From Eledone cirrhosa (Eukaryota), in the NCBI GenBank assembly GCA_964016885.1, contig OZ024741.1, positions 229,090,001 to 229,154,000 of the forward strand: a stretch of 64,000 nt of DNA. Reading direction: 5' to 3'. Below, piece by piece: positions 48,001 to 61,575 of the stretch. How positions within the stretch are numbered: position 1 is the first letter of the stretch; every line of letters starts with the position of its first letter. The notes beneath the pieces were generated by a model, which worked only from the letters and a program-made list of their open reading frames with translations, was not told the origin of the DNA and made no database searches. The position numbers and the translations under genes were made by a program.

Positions 48001-50937
48001 CTTCGCACTATACGTGGGATAAGAAGGGAAAGAAATGGAATGATAGAAAACAAAAGTTGAGATTCATGACTATTGGACGGGTTTGTAATGTCCATCCAGC
48101 ATCTGGTGGTGTGTTTTATCTCCGAATTCTGTTGCATAGTGATTTTTCGAGAGGTAAACAGAGCTTCGCCAATTTGAAAACAATCAATGGCGTGGAATAT
48201 GAAACATACCAGGCTGTGTGTCAACATCTGGGGCTCCTTCAGTATGACGCTGAATGGAATAACGCCATGGACGCTGCAGGAACAACACAGATGCCAGCTC
48301 AAATAAGGCAGTTGTTTGTCACGATTCTAGGATTCTGCAATCCTGCCGATCCAAGAGAGTTATTTGAACGCCATTGGGGAATTATGGCTGATGATTTCAG
48401 GCATCATCTTCAGGTCGATGATGAAAATTTGATGAAGGCTATTGTTTTGCTCAATATTGAGCAACTGCTTGAAGTTCATTTGAAATGTTTAAGAGATTTC
48501 AATTTGCCAATTCCTGATGAAGAAATGCAGCAACGTGTCTTAGCATTGAACATGAGATTGCAGCTTAGATGGTTGCCACTCGATCAGAGGGAACTATTCC
48601 AGTTTGATCCACTGGAACAGCAACGTATTGTGGATGAACGTATGCCAATGTTGACCCAATCTCAGAGAGTATTGGTCGATGGCGTTCTCCACTCGATTTC
48701 CACTAATGAGCAACTTTGTGCTTTCATAGGTGCTCCAGGAGGCACCAGAAAGACATTCTGTTTCAACACTATGTTATCGGCAGTCAGAGTTCAGAGGAAG
48801 ATTGCTCTCCCTGTGGCCACCAGTGGGATCGCTGCCACTTTGTTGAGTGGTGGAAGGACTTTCCACTCATGCTTCAAGGCTCCATTGGCTCCGGATCAGT
48901 TGAGTGTCTGTAACATTACAGGACAAAGTGAACTCGTAGGCCTTATACGCAATACGTCTCTGATTATTTGGGACGAGGCTCCAATGGCACACAGATATTT
49001 GCTGGAGGCATTAGACAGAACTTTGAGAGATATCTGCGGTAGTGACCTGCCATTCGGTGGTAAGACTATCGTTCTTGGTGGCGATTTCAGACAGGTGCTA
49101 CCAATTGTTAGGAATGCTCAAAGAGCGCAAATTCTCGATGCATGTCTGAAAAAGTTCCCGTTGTGGCGCCATTTCAGAGTTTTGCGATTACACGATAATA
49201 TGCGACTTCGTATGCTCGGGCAAAACGAAGAGGCTGAGACATACAGCCGATGGTTGATGCAGTTGGCAAACGATGAATTGCCACACGTTGGTGATAATCA
49301 GACTGTAAGAATCCCAGACCATTTGGTCATGCCACTGGACTGCCAAGCATTGATTGACTGGATGTTCCCTAATTTGAATGCTTTTTGGCAGAATATCTCC
49401 TGGATATCGGAACGCGTTATTCTAACTCATACGAATGCAACGGTCGGTGAAATAAATTCACAAGTAGCCGGAATGTTTCCTGGTGAGGAATGGGTGACCG
49501 TCAGTGCGGATGCAATGGAGCCTAATCAGCAGAACAATATGGATGTTCCGACTGAGTATCTGAATTCACTTCAAATACCCGGATTTCCCCCACATATTTT
49601 GAGGTTGAAAAAGGGTATGCCGATTATATTGATTAGAAATATCAATCATAAAATAGGTCTTTGCAATGGTACCAGATTGATTGTTGAGAGATTGATTAAC
49701 GGAAGAGTTTTAGAAGCTAAACTCCCAGGCAGAGAGGAATCGTTTCTCATTCCGAGGATCATGCTGAGACCAAGTGAAGATCTGCTGCCATTCATTTGGC
49801 AAAGGAGACAGTTTCCCGTCAATTTGGCCTTCTCCATGACTGTCAACAAGGCACAGGGACAGACTTTCAAGCGAGTCGGTGTCTACTTGAATGATCCAGC
49901 ATTCAGCCATCGGCAACTGTATGTTGCTGCATTTCGAGTGTGCGATCCTGATGGCATAAAATTTGCAATTGATACCACTAACAGAGGAACAACCCTGAAT
50001 ATTGTCTATAATGAAGCTTTGAGCTGATGTATGCATATCTTTAATGCTATCAATAAGCGACGTAAATGATTCGTACATTGGTGCTCTTTCATCAGTATTG
50101 TTAGCTTTAACAGAGTTATCATTTATGTTCAATGTCAATTATTGTCGATAATGAGCAATAAAAACCAACAAGTATTGGTAGAAATTGCCTTCAAATTTAT
50201 CGCTTCTGATTGCAGTGGTAATAAAACCTCATCATATGCTGAGTCTGGCAAAAGGTTTGGTGCCTATGGCCGCCAGGGCTAGAGTAATATTGAAAAACGA
50301 TTCTATTTTCGAAGTAGAAGGATCCGCCATTTGGGGTTCAAACCAGGGCACCTCTCCGAGTTGAACTCTGGGCAATATTGACTGTCTATTACTCAGTGGC
50401 TAAGACCTGGAAATTACTAAATAAATGTTTGTGTCATATAATTTGTTGTTTTATTATTATAGCTGACCACTTATAGATAAGCATGTTATCCATATCCATA
50501 TTAATTTGACATTTGTATAAACCATTTGAAGTAAATAGGGACCTTTTTTACATTGACGGACATCTTTTATATTAATTATCTATATCTATATCTACATATA
50601 ATATAAAATATTGGAACTTCCATCATCCTTTTGAGAAACGGGGAACAACCACGTCTATGCAATGATACACGTTTTACAGTCAGGCAGAAGATGAACCATC
50701 TCCTAGAGGTCACTATTCTAGGTGGGAGCACCTAGAATTGATCATATACTATGCATAAACCGTACAACGAAGAATCTGGTATATCTGGAAGATTTTTTTT
50801 ACTGTTTTTTGTATCACACAGACAACACGGACTCGCCTCATACTGTAACCAGACAAACATCCAATACAGTCATTTTCTCTTTTACCTGTCTTCTCTTATC
50901 ATCTGTTTACCCGGGCGAAGCTGGGTACGTCAGCTAG
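45037..50937 (+). mobile_element. Helitron with RepHel gene (autonomous-type, now defective)
   Basis: 5' A|TC at 45037; 3' hairpin tacccgg-gcgaag-ctgggta followed by CTAG at 50934-50937. Confidence 0.92.
45506..50027 (+). pseudogene. Helitron RepHel (HUH Rep endonuclease plus PIF1-family SF1 helicase), disrupted
   Basis: CPHCGALLW..CCHKG; Rep motifs PDLFITVTCNPEW, FQKRGLPHAH, KYLFKYVYKG; helicase motifs GAPGGTRKT (degenerate Walker A), IIWDEAPM, GGDFRQ, TVNKAQGQT, QLYVA. Stops and frameshifts at ~46099-46430 and ~47000-47090. Confidence 0.93.
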
Positions 50938-51600
50938 TCTATTTATTAATTTGAAGAACGTCAGTATTCCGTGTGTCATAATTCTCGATTATCATTGGTT
51001 CATAGATTTCAAACGACTCCGCCCACCTCAACGACGCCAAACTTAAATTAATATGCATGATGCCAATGAGGGAGTGAGAGGGGAGAGTGTGAACGCTGTG
51101 TTCAATAACAATTAACATGTGTGCGTGTGTATGTACGTGCGCGTATGTTTGTGTGTGCGTGCGTGCACATTCCACAGAAATGGGGATGCTCATCCCTCAT
51201 ACAGAAGACGGTCGCCTGCTGATGGTAGTTTGGTCGAAAATGTAAACGGTCGACAGGTTACAAATCAATGGGTTGTGCCATACAATCCATATTTGATTAT
51301 GAAATATCGTTGTCATATTAATGTAGAAATTTGTAGCTCAGTGAAAGCTTGCAAATATCTATTCAAATATGTTTACAAAGGTCATGATCGGGCAATGATC
51401 AATGTCAGGAATGAGGAAGCGAAACAAGGAGATGAATTGGCAGGTTCCAGGATGTTCGCTCGATTGGAGCTAGCGAAGCTTGCTGGAGATTGTTCGATTT
51501 TCATTTCAATGAACGCAAACCCAGCGTTCAGAAACTGACGGTTCACTTAGAGAATAGGCAAATGGTCTGTTCTCATGACTAGAAGAGGTGTCGAAAGAAT
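50938..51600 (+). mobile_element. Tandem second Helitron copy, internally deleted and truncated
   Basis: Starts with TC directly after CTAG, repeats 45037-45281, then jumps to the sequence of ~47476-47900 (Rep motif III region). Confidence 0.9.
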
Positions 51601-52345
51601 TGCTAGATTCTATTTTTTTTCTAGATTCTATTTTTATCTCCATGTTCTCCAATTTGCCCTTATTTTCTATTTTAGCATGTTGGTGGAGTATTGATGAGTC
51701 TTTTCTATCTTGGAGATGAGTCTTTTCTATCTTAGAGATAAAAATAGAATCTACACACAGAAAAGACGCAATGCTTAGACAAATCACAGAGGCAATAAAC
51801 ATACATGAGTTCCAACCAAAATTAAATAGAAAACATGAATGGAATAGCAACAACACAACTTATAATTAAGAACAAAATAAAAACACACACACATAGAACA
51901 AACAGCTAACTAGTAACATGTAAACAAACAAATAAATAAACAAATAAAAACACACACAGACACCCGGATGTAACGCATGCGCAAACTAAGCACACAACAC
52001 ACACAAAAACAAGATGGCGTAGGACAGAACAAAGGAGAGGCACAAAATAAAGAAAAGAATCCCCTGTCACTGAAGAGGTCACAGAATGTTTGACGAAAGA
52101 ACTTTGACAATATATGAACAACCATCCGGTTGTCGAACCAACCAACCAACCAACCGGAAATTTATAAAATTTATGAAATTTATATTTATAAAATTATAAA
52201 ATTCATAATAAATTGAAGTGAACGCAACTGGTGCGTATGTTTCTTATTGGTAACATGACCCTCCAAAAGTATAACAATATCGGTTTCAACACACGTTTTC
52301 AGATAAAGAATCTTGCTAAACAAATTCAGAAACGAAATATATATA
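51601..52345 (+). mobile_element. Penelope-like element 3' fragment with 5' inversion, hammerhead and read-through into next-unit ORF start
   Basis: IESTHRKDAMLRQITEAINIHEFQPKLNRKHEW (GIY-YIG C-terminus) on +; upstream part SSILHQHAKIENKGKLENMEIKIES inverted; MTLQKYNN start at ~52255. Confidence 0.7.
52065..52109 (+). ncRNA. Type I minimal hammerhead ribozyme
   Basis: tgtca-CTGAAGA-g gtca cagaatgtt tgac-GAAA-gaac-TT-tgaca. Confidence 0.75.
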
Positions 52346-53184
52346 AATATATATATTTATATGTATATATGAGGAAAAGAAATCGAAAATGCAACTGGAG
52401 TCTTTTTAAGAGTATTCATTTATTCCCTTTACCGGTTTCACAGTTCTAGTACTTTTCAAACGTAGTATTGAGATGGAGGGTTTGTGGTTTGTCTCAATTG
52501 CTGCAAAGTATGGTATCTGACGCTCTACCGATACTGCCAATCCACAACAACATGACGGTATTTGTACAACATCCACAGCAACACTTTTTGCTGTTGTTTT
52601 CTATCCAAGTCTCGTCGTTGTCTCTCCAGCTACGAGACTGTTGACAATACTACTGAAGAGCTAAATAAAAGGCAAGTAACCACAACCACAACCACAACCA
52701 CCACGTACACACCAAGCGGAACTTTCCGCCACCTCCGAGACTCGTCCCAGCCTCTCCCGTTAAATACATCCAGCTACCCCACTATCACCTCCAAATATCA
52801 CCACTATGACCATTGCATCCACCATTGCCGCCATCACCATCATCATCATCATCGCAGACACAAAATAAACCAAAAATCAAACTACAAAAGGGCGTAACTG
52901 TGGCGTTGTAGAGGAATCTTAATTGGAGCGTTTATCACAGTCTGTAAATATCTACAATTACAGTGATGTTGGTGGTGGTGGTGGTGGTGGTGCTGGTGGT
53001 GGTGGTTGTGGTGGTGATGGTGGTGGTTGTGGCGGCGACGGCGGCGGTGGTGATGGCGGTGATGGTGGTGGTGGTGGTGGTGGTGGTGGTGGTGTCTGTA
53101 GCGGTGGGAGTATTGGTTAACGTGGTGTTAAATGATATACACATACACACGCACATATATATGTGAATGTGTGATGTGTGGGTG

Positions 53185-53239
<55 letters not shown>

Positions 53240-53263
53240 TATAAATATATATACACATATATA

Positions 53264-53319
<56 letters not shown>

Positions 53320-53324
53320 TACTC

Positions 53325-53378
<54 letters not shown>

Positions 53379-53529
53379 ATTTATAACAGTCGACTGTATT
53401 TACAGTTATTTCTGCGTCTGAGTTCTTTTCACTTTTCTATGAACTTGATAACTCTTCAGCGCTTCGTAAGTTCGATGCTTTACATACAATATATATATAT
53501 ATATATGTGTGTGTGTCTCTGTGTGTGTT

Positions 53530-53595
<66 letters not shown>

Positions 53596-53829
53596 TGTGT
53601 GTGTGCAGTTCAACAGGTTTCTGCATTACAAGAGATTTCAGTGCTAGCTCTTCAGACACCTTAAATGAGTAAAAACAGAAAGGAGAATGCAGCGTAGGGG
53701 TATGTTATTTAGGGCTTCCATTAGTTGGGTCAGATTAAGGATTGGTGTCGGTAAATTAGGGAGGGTTATCAATTGAATACGCTAAGCGGGAAATTGGCAG
53801 CATGGTGGCGACATTAACTTTGAAGCATT

Positions 53830-54730
53830 TTAGCGACACCAGACTCCTGAATGTTCAATGACGATCTCAGGCGTACTTGGACCCCGTACTGCCGGGCTTC
53901 TCCACAAGATCGGAGCGTCGGTGGCCCGTCTGAGGAAGGGGCCCCGCCAGGTTGGGTGACTGTTGCAGCGGGTATCACTGGCTATCGTCCGGAGGAATGC
54001 TTTTGCCGTCTTGTCCGCGGGGCGCAGCACTCCTACCCCCTTGCCCTAGGCCCAAATCCCAAAGAACCCCCTCTCTCCTCTGTTCTGCGACACCAAAGCT
54101 CTTGCCATCCCCTCCCTTTCCCGTTCTTTTTCTTCTTTCTTTCCTTTTGTTTCCTCCCTTTTTTTTCTTACTAAATAAGGTAAGGTTTGCTTATTTACAG
54201 AATAAGAAGTTTGGTGACAATTAAAGTACTTTTCAGACCGTAGGAGTTTTTACTGATTTGATCGAGGCTAGGGAATGCCTGTCCCACAAATACATATGAG
54301 CTATTGTGGTTATGGCGAGATATCTGAGGTCAGTGTTTTGAAGTTGGCTAACAGAACGCTACTCTAGTAGCAGCAAAACGCTAAGTTTTCCTGGTGATAG
54401 ATATCGCAGGTTGTTGCTCAATCAGATGTAACTAATCTACAGTGAATCAACAAAACCAACAGTACCACACCAACACAACTCCCACCATCTTTTATATCAC
54501 CGCGCTAGAAAAAGTAGGCAAATATCCGTCGAAATGACACGCTACCGACTGAAATATTGGAAAGACAGATTAGACAGTGAAGTCTTGGATAACCTCGGTA
54601 ACTGGAATGGCTCTTCCAGTCCGTCTCTCTCACCATCCTCCGGAGAAACGCCTTCTCTATTCTGTCCGACGGGGCCTCGGGGCGGACAGTCCACCGGGGT
54701 CGCGAGGCAGCCAGCGCATGGGCTCCCATT
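53830..54730 (+). mobile_element. Old Tx1/L1-like fragments
   Basis: GC-rich pieces at 53830-54180 and 54505-54730; aaacgccttctctattctgtccg resembles the Tx1 fragment at ~12690-12720 (-). Confidence 0.4.
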
Positions 54731-54901
54731 TGCTCATAATAGTGAGAGATGGGGAGAGCGGGAGAGACGGACGTAGTGACAGTGACTGTGGGAGTTTGGT
54801 TCCTTTGTGTTCGAACCTGGTGTATATGTATATGTTTTACAGACTTTACTTACGTGAAAGAGTCCAAGAGACAGATTCTTCTTTGAAGTGGTCGAAAGTT
54901 C

Positions 54902-55013
<112 letters not shown>

Positions 55014-55083
55014 CACATACGGAAAAATAGCAGCTGTCTTTGATCAAAGGTCTGCTACACCAGAGCTGTCCTTAAGATAAATA

Positions 55084-55517
55084 ATAATTGTTTCTACTTT
55101 TGGCGCAAGGCCAGTAACTACTCAATACATTACTGGTACTTTATTTTATCGACCCCGTAAGGATGAAAGGCAAAGTTAACCTCGGCGGGATTTGAACTCA
55201 GAACGTAACAACAGAACAATTTAGCTATGACACCACCTATTAGTACACCACCACTATCGTCACCATCAACCACAACACCAATTCGATCAATACTATCGTC
55301 GCTATCATTACCGCTATAAACTACACCACCACCATCAACACCACTATCACTATCACCTCTACTACCACCACTATCCTAAGTTAAGTGAAATCTTTAAATG
55401 TGCTTGAAATATAATTTGGCAAGGAATATATTTGGCGCTGACCAGTGTCTGGACATTCTCTTCACTTATAGACTTTCACTTGCCAAGTATATATATATAT
55501 ATATGTATAAGTATATG

Positions 55518-55568
<51 letters not shown>

Positions 55569-55637
55569 ATGTATGCGTGCGTGTACGTGTGTGTCATACG
55601 TGTAATTATATATATATTCGAATGTATTTGTCAGTAT

Positions 55638-55671
<34 letters not shown>

Positions 55672-55746
55672 ACTGACAATTCGAATATATATATAATTAC
55701 ACGTATATATATATAGAGAGAGAGAGAGTGAGAGATAGATAGAGAG

Positions 55747-55777
<31 letters not shown>

Positions 55778-56517
55778 CCAGACTGAGAGACAAAATTGTT
55801 CGATATATATTATATTTTTGTTAAGTAGCCAGGGTTTCTTCAGCTGTCTGTTTGGGACACAGCCGAATATTTTGGCGGTTGTAACCAGTGTCTGGCTAAA
55901 CTGCATGTTTAAGGAAAAATAATTGTTTCTACTTTTGGCACAAGGCCAGCAATTACCCAGTGTATTACTGGTACTTTATTTTATCGACCCCGTAAGGATG
56001 AAAGGCAAAGTTAACCTCGGCGGGATTTGAACTCAGAATGGTAAGGGCTGTAACTCTATGCGTCAAAGCATGGCGTCCGACCCTTTACCGATACTGCCAA
56101 TCCACCGCTCTTGTTTAAGGAAAAATAATGGTTAATAATAATTATTATTTTGGAAATTGGCACAAGGCCAGCAAGTTAGAGTAAAGGAACATTCGATTAT
56201 ATCGACTCCAGTACGTAACTGGTACTTTACTTTATTTTATTGATCCCTAGAGTATTAAAGGCAACGTTGATCTTGGCGGGATTTGAACTCCGAACGTAAT
56301 AAGTCGTAACTAAATACTGTAAAGCATTTTGTTCGGCACTCTAATAATTCTGCCAATTAACTGCCCTAATTGTTTCCAATTTAAGCACAAGGCCAGTTAT
56401 GATTGAGAGAGTAAGGTTAATTATATCGACCCCATACTTGACTGGTACTTTATTTTATCGAAGCCAGAAGGTTGAAAAGCAAAGTTGACCTCCATAGAAT
56501 GTGGACTGAGAACGTAA
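55084..56517 (-). mobile_element. Four Nin/Deu-domain SINE copies interspersed with microsatellites
   Basis: Approximate copies: 55084-55208, 55918-56108, 56155-56365, 56380-56517. Confidence 0.8.
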
Positions 56518-56519
56518 AA

Positions 56520-58870
56520 ACGTGCCCCCCCCCCCCCCCCCGCTTGATAACACTGTTGAGCGAAGGATTTTTTGAAGTTATCCATAGTCCCCGGCTCGAA
56601 AGTCTTCCAGAATAAACTGGTCAGTTCGATTTCGTTGACGCCCAAAGCCTTTCCGAGAGCGTTGTCGCGCTTGCTTACCACTAATCCTCTATAGAATTCT
56701 AGAATGGAATTTCCACTGACCACATTTCTAAAGAGAAGTGAGCGCCTGGCAACATTTCAGGTACCAGGTGCCCTGTCTTGGTCATTTCATGACCCAGGAC
56801 TGCAGCTGTGTCAAAGAGATGAACTGTGGAAAGACGTATCTCACAAGAAGTTGAAAAGAAGCCGTTCCAATTTAGTGAGGCACGAACCTGGACAAGATAC
56901 GGCGGTCAGGTGGTGGTAATAGATGACAGATGCGATGTTAGCAGGCTATAAGAGAGAGAGAGAGGAATGGTCTACTTACCTCCGGTGGGCTTGTGGAGGT
57001 CGGGTGGTTAGGCACCCATGGTTGGTGAGCTTTCCAATAGGACCCCCTTTAAATCCATACGTGAGGCTTTCACATTAGGAGTCCCCACATCGCCGGGGAA
57101 GCTCTACCTAATGTTTTTGTGTGTGTTTATTGGCATCCACACCATCAGCAGTGTTTGGGGCACTTTGAACGTGCAGATACCAAATATCTCCCCCTCTTTC
57201 TCAATGTTTTGATCTCCTGTTACAAGGGTCATAAGTTTTTTGTTGGTTCTTCTTAGTAACACAAAGTTGTGTTTGCCTGTCGTTGTTGGAGTCTGCATGT
57301 ATTTTCTCTCATGGGCATGAGTTGCGGTTGCGTTGGTGTTGTTGGTGGTGGTTGTGTTTTTGTTGACGGTTGTGGTGTTCGTGTAGCGGTGTTTGCTGTG
57401 GGTTTGTTTTGTGCGCTTGTTGGTGTGTGTGGAATTGAATTTCTTTTATCTTTCTGTTTTTTGTTGATTCTTTTTGTTTTGGGAATTCCCTCTCACCTTC
57501 ACCTGGGGATGATGAGAAGCTGGTATCTGGGGATTCTGTGTCAGATGGGAGTGGTAGTGGGTTTATGGAAAAAGGGAGAGCTTGTGTGGCGACTTCCTGG
57601 GTTGTTTTACTGGTCCTTGATAGTGTTGTTGCTGCTGCTATTGTTGCTCATGGTGCTGTTTCCTTTACTGTTGCTGCTGCTGCTGCTGATAGCGGTGTTG
57701 TCTTTTCTCCCGGCACCGATCTTGGCAGCAACAAAGGTTTCTGGCCCCCTCCAGTTTTCAGCTGGGGGAAAAAGGCTAACAGGTGTATCACTTCACAACA
57801 AACTCAACAATGCGGCCGTTGCTCTCAGTGACTACCTGGATTTCGTAGCCGTACGATAGTTTGATATGTTCCGGGATATTTTTTATGTCTTCGGGTCTAA
57901 TTTGGGAAAATAATCTCCAAACCAGTCACAGACCACTTCTCCTTCTTTGTAAATTTGACGTCGATGAGGGTGTCAGGACCCTCTGCCGCCACGCATCCCA
58001 GGATCCACCATAAGTCCAGTCAAGACGGATTCCTGGGAACACGGACTCTTACTGTCCTTCTCCCCATGTAGGACGAGTATATGATTATTTGCTCCATTTT
58101 TGCAGGGGACCACAGAATTCTTGATAGCAAGGGCCTAAGATTTGAAGAGCACCAAGGTGCTCCCAAATTGTTTTGCCTTTGCTACATACTCTATGTGATT
58201 ATTGTTGATGCATTTCAGTGTCGCCTCAACCTGTCTTTCGGAAGCTTTCTCGGCCGAAATGCATCAATATTTCAATGTTCCTCTCTCCTTTGCTGTCATC
58301 ACCTCTGCCGGGAAGTTTAAGTTGGCCCAGGTCTTTTCTCTCGTTATAATTTTTTCCACCTGAGCCAAACGTTCATTTTTTTCTGTTAGGTCGAAATTTT
58401 AAAGCGTTTGACTCTCTGCCGCTGTGGATGCGAAAGTACTCTTGTTGTTGTTGCAGCTGTTGCTTTTGTCGTTCTTTTTGGTGCTGTTGTTTTGCTGCTT
58501 TTATTGTTACTGATAGTGTTGTCGTTGTTCATGTTGTTAGTGTTGTTGTTGGTGGTGTTGTCGTTGGTGCTGTTGCTGTTGTTGTCATTTTTGTTCATAT
58601 TAGTGTTCTCACTATTATTAATGTTGTTGTTGGTGCTGCTGCTGCTGGTGCTGCTGCTGCTGTTAGCGAAACTGCCTAATGTGGTGTTGGTGTTCATAAT
58701 TGTGGTGGGATGGACGGCATTATTCATCTCAACGTTCGAGCCACTGTCACGTGACAGCTGGCAGAACGTTGGTGGTGGCGGGGCTGTTCTGTCCACGTTT
58801 TCTTTTTTTTAGAAAAATATTTTTCAAGAAAATAAAGTTCAAATATTTGGGCTCAATATTATGGAGTGCC
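56520..58870 (-). mobile_element. Tx1/L1-clade element: ORF1 plus C-terminal ORF2 remnants (ORF2 largely deleted)
   Basis: MDRTAPPPPTFCQLSRD N/T-rich ORF1 start; HNFVLLRRTNKKLMTLV homologous to 36530-36590; VSGNSILEFYRGLVVSKRDNALG homologous to 39640-39800. Confidence 0.8.
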
Positions 58871-59129
58871 TTAACACAGTGCAATCTGGAAGTTACCTAC
58901 ATTCTCCTGATGAAAGTCCTCCAGAATACATTATTCTCTTGATCTTCGTCGGTATCTTGCTCCTCACAAACCATTTATAGCCTGCTAGTACTGCGGTATC
59001 ACTGATCGTGTTCCTGTGTTGTAAATAACTGTGAATGACTGACAATATTCAATCTTGGTCTTCGCCCGACTCTTCGCTTGAGACGATGTGTGGAAAGATA
59101 TCCCAAAACTCCTGCTTGCCATCTAGCCA

Positions 59130-60075
59130 CCAAGTGCCGCTTGTTGACCCTATCGAAAGCTTTAGATTAAGTGAATTAGAATACCATAGAAGCCAAGTTT
59201 ATTGCTCGTTGATAGTGGTTGTTTATTTCGTATATATATATATTTCTGGAGATCCTGCAATCTCAATGCATGTCTCTGCATTATCCACCCCCGGCACACC
59301 AAATCCAACGTGTTGGCATTAGATGAACCATCTGACTAGTGAAACAAAACCCCTTCCATAACAAACAAAATATAATTTTCTCCTATCTGATCAGATGAAA
59401 ACTTATGTGAATCAAGGTGGTCAAGCGTTGTAGACATTTGCCATCTTTACTCTACCTTTCATGGACAGATTTCTGGGTTATACTGGTCACCCTGCATGTA
59501 ACCTCGCCCCAGTTCCTATCTATCCGAAGACCTATTCGAAACTAAACTCCAAACATTTTAACAGAATAGTTAGTCCAGCGATCCACAACGCTGCTCGGCA
59601 CTGGCTTGCATCTCCAGGTGCCGCGATACAAACCCACCCGGTCAATGTGTGCTCCTGTTACTATATCGCATTCTTTCAGTACAGTGATGACCACTTCGAT
59701 TGTTATGGCATCTGACACAATGACAGTGACGTCGTATGTATAAATCAACAGCGCTTTCTACGTACCACTTACGGGAAGAATGCCTCTCAACAGTCCTATT
59801 TTATGCAGCATTGTCTCAAGAGACTTACAAGGGCGCTGAAAAAGAACACTCATAATGGATCCAGTCTGAGATTCGAAATGGTTCTGATAGGAGTAAATTT
59901 AGTCTAACCCACATGAAGTGATACCGTCTCTGGAAACGAGACCAAATCGGCTGAACTGAAAACAGCTGCCAAGTGCCGGTTGTTGACCCTATCGAAAGCT
60001 TTAGATTAAGTGAATTAGAGTACTATAGAAACCAGGTTTAATACCCGTTGTTGATTAGTGTTTGTTTATTTTGCA
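59130..60075 (-). mobile_element. Scattered Tx1 RT fragments
   Basis: KAFDRV segment duplicated at ~59140 and ~59980; YTYDVTVIVSD...GTWRCKPVPSSVVDRWT. Confidence 0.7.
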
Positions 60076-60329
60076 TATATTTTTTTATTCATAGTTTTGC
60101 TTGTAGGGAAGAATCTACAGTCGGTATTTTACCTCTGACATTTTGCATTTATGTGGACATTCACGTCTGTATGTAAGTACAAGTATGTATTTGTGTCTTT
60201 AATATAGACAGACGTGATGTATCTGTTATTTTTTTAACTCAACATTTATATGTAGAAATGGAGTCATTGTATTACTAGCAGTTTTATTTGTATTGTTTGA
60301 GATATTTAATTTTTAGTACAGTTGTTTTC

Positions 60330-60680
60330 TAGATCTTATTTAACCCTCTTGGCGTCTTCTTGTGTGTCCATTACGATGAGGTTATCGTCTATACACGTGG
60401 TGGGTGGGTATTGTATATTCATGTTATCTACATCTAATGTGGAGATGTTACCTGTTTTATTAGTTTTATCTAAGATGTCCGCAAGAACGTGAAGTATATC
60501 TTTCCAGTGTGGATTCTTTTACAATGTTATACAATTCCTAAGCGATGTTGTGTGTTGATATATTATGGACTCGAGACCGTCGTTTTGTTTGTCCATTTTT
60601 ACAGTTCCATGGATAAACCTTGCGGTGAATTATCTTTTAATACAGGGGAATGAAAGGAGTCTTATTTGTGAATGTAACGC
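60330..60680 (-). mobile_element. Highly decayed PLE reverse transcriptase fragment
   Basis: TARFIHGTVKMDKQNDGLESII and ISTLDVDNM resemble the PLE RT motifs YGLPKIHK..PLRPII and SLDV.SL. Confidence 0.4.
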
Positions 60681-60865
60681 CTTAGTTAAAGTTTAATGTG
60701 TTTCGTCTTGAATTTGATTTTAACGTGAAATGAAATATAATTTTCTGCAATATATTCGTATATATCCATGATGGCAACCATATTACTTTTGTCACTCTTA
60801 CATATTATGAAGGTGTTCTTTTTTTTTAAATCATGAAGTTTCTTTGAGTTTCGTGTATTTTTTAG

Positions 60866-60921
<56 letters not shown>

Positions 60922-61136
60922 TGCGTGTGCGTGCGTGCAGGCATGTGTTTATCTATGTTTTTACTTCTGAGGTTTTCTAGGATTAGAAGAGTCGTTTGGT
61001 TTTGACTGATTCCAAATTTGGTTAGAAGAAGCAGTTGCAATGCTATACAACACACAACACAAAATAAAACTAGACACAAAATAGAAAAGAACGTAATTAT
61101 CATGCTTAGAATTATCGAGGAAAATAGGTTATTAAT

Positions 61137-61575
61137 AAATGTTTCTACTTTAGGCATAAGGCCAGCAATTTGAAGGGGAGGGAAAAGTCGATTAAATCGA
61201 CCTCAGTGCATTACAGGTGATTTATTTTATCGACCCCGTAAGGATGAAAGGCAACGCTAACCTCGGCGGGATTTGAACTCAGACCATAAAGGGCCGTAAC
61301 TCTTTGCTGCAAAGCATGTTGTCAGGCGCTTTACCGATACTGCCAATCCACGGCCCTAAGTAGTTTATTAATAATGGTTTTTTATATAAGCACAAGGCCA
61401 GTAATTTTTTTTTGGGGGGAAGTCGATTAAATCGACCCCAGTGCATAACTGGTACTTTATTTTATCGACCCCGTAAGGATAAAAGGCAAAGTTAACTCAG
61501 ATCATAAAGGGCCGTAACTCTATGCTGCAAAGCATGGCGTCCAACCCCCTATTGATACTGTCAATCCACCGCCCT
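61137..61575 (-). mobile_element. Two Nin/Deu-domain SINEs
   Basis: Typical body and tail at 61137-61355 and 61385-61575. Confidence 0.85.

Noticed and set aside
46998-50027. 1009-aa ORF as a host PIF1 helicase or active transposase
   Set aside because: Lies within Helitron termini and is fused to Rep motifs. Upstream frameshifts, an apparent deletion between Rep motifs I and II, and the Walker A G>R change indicate a dead copy.
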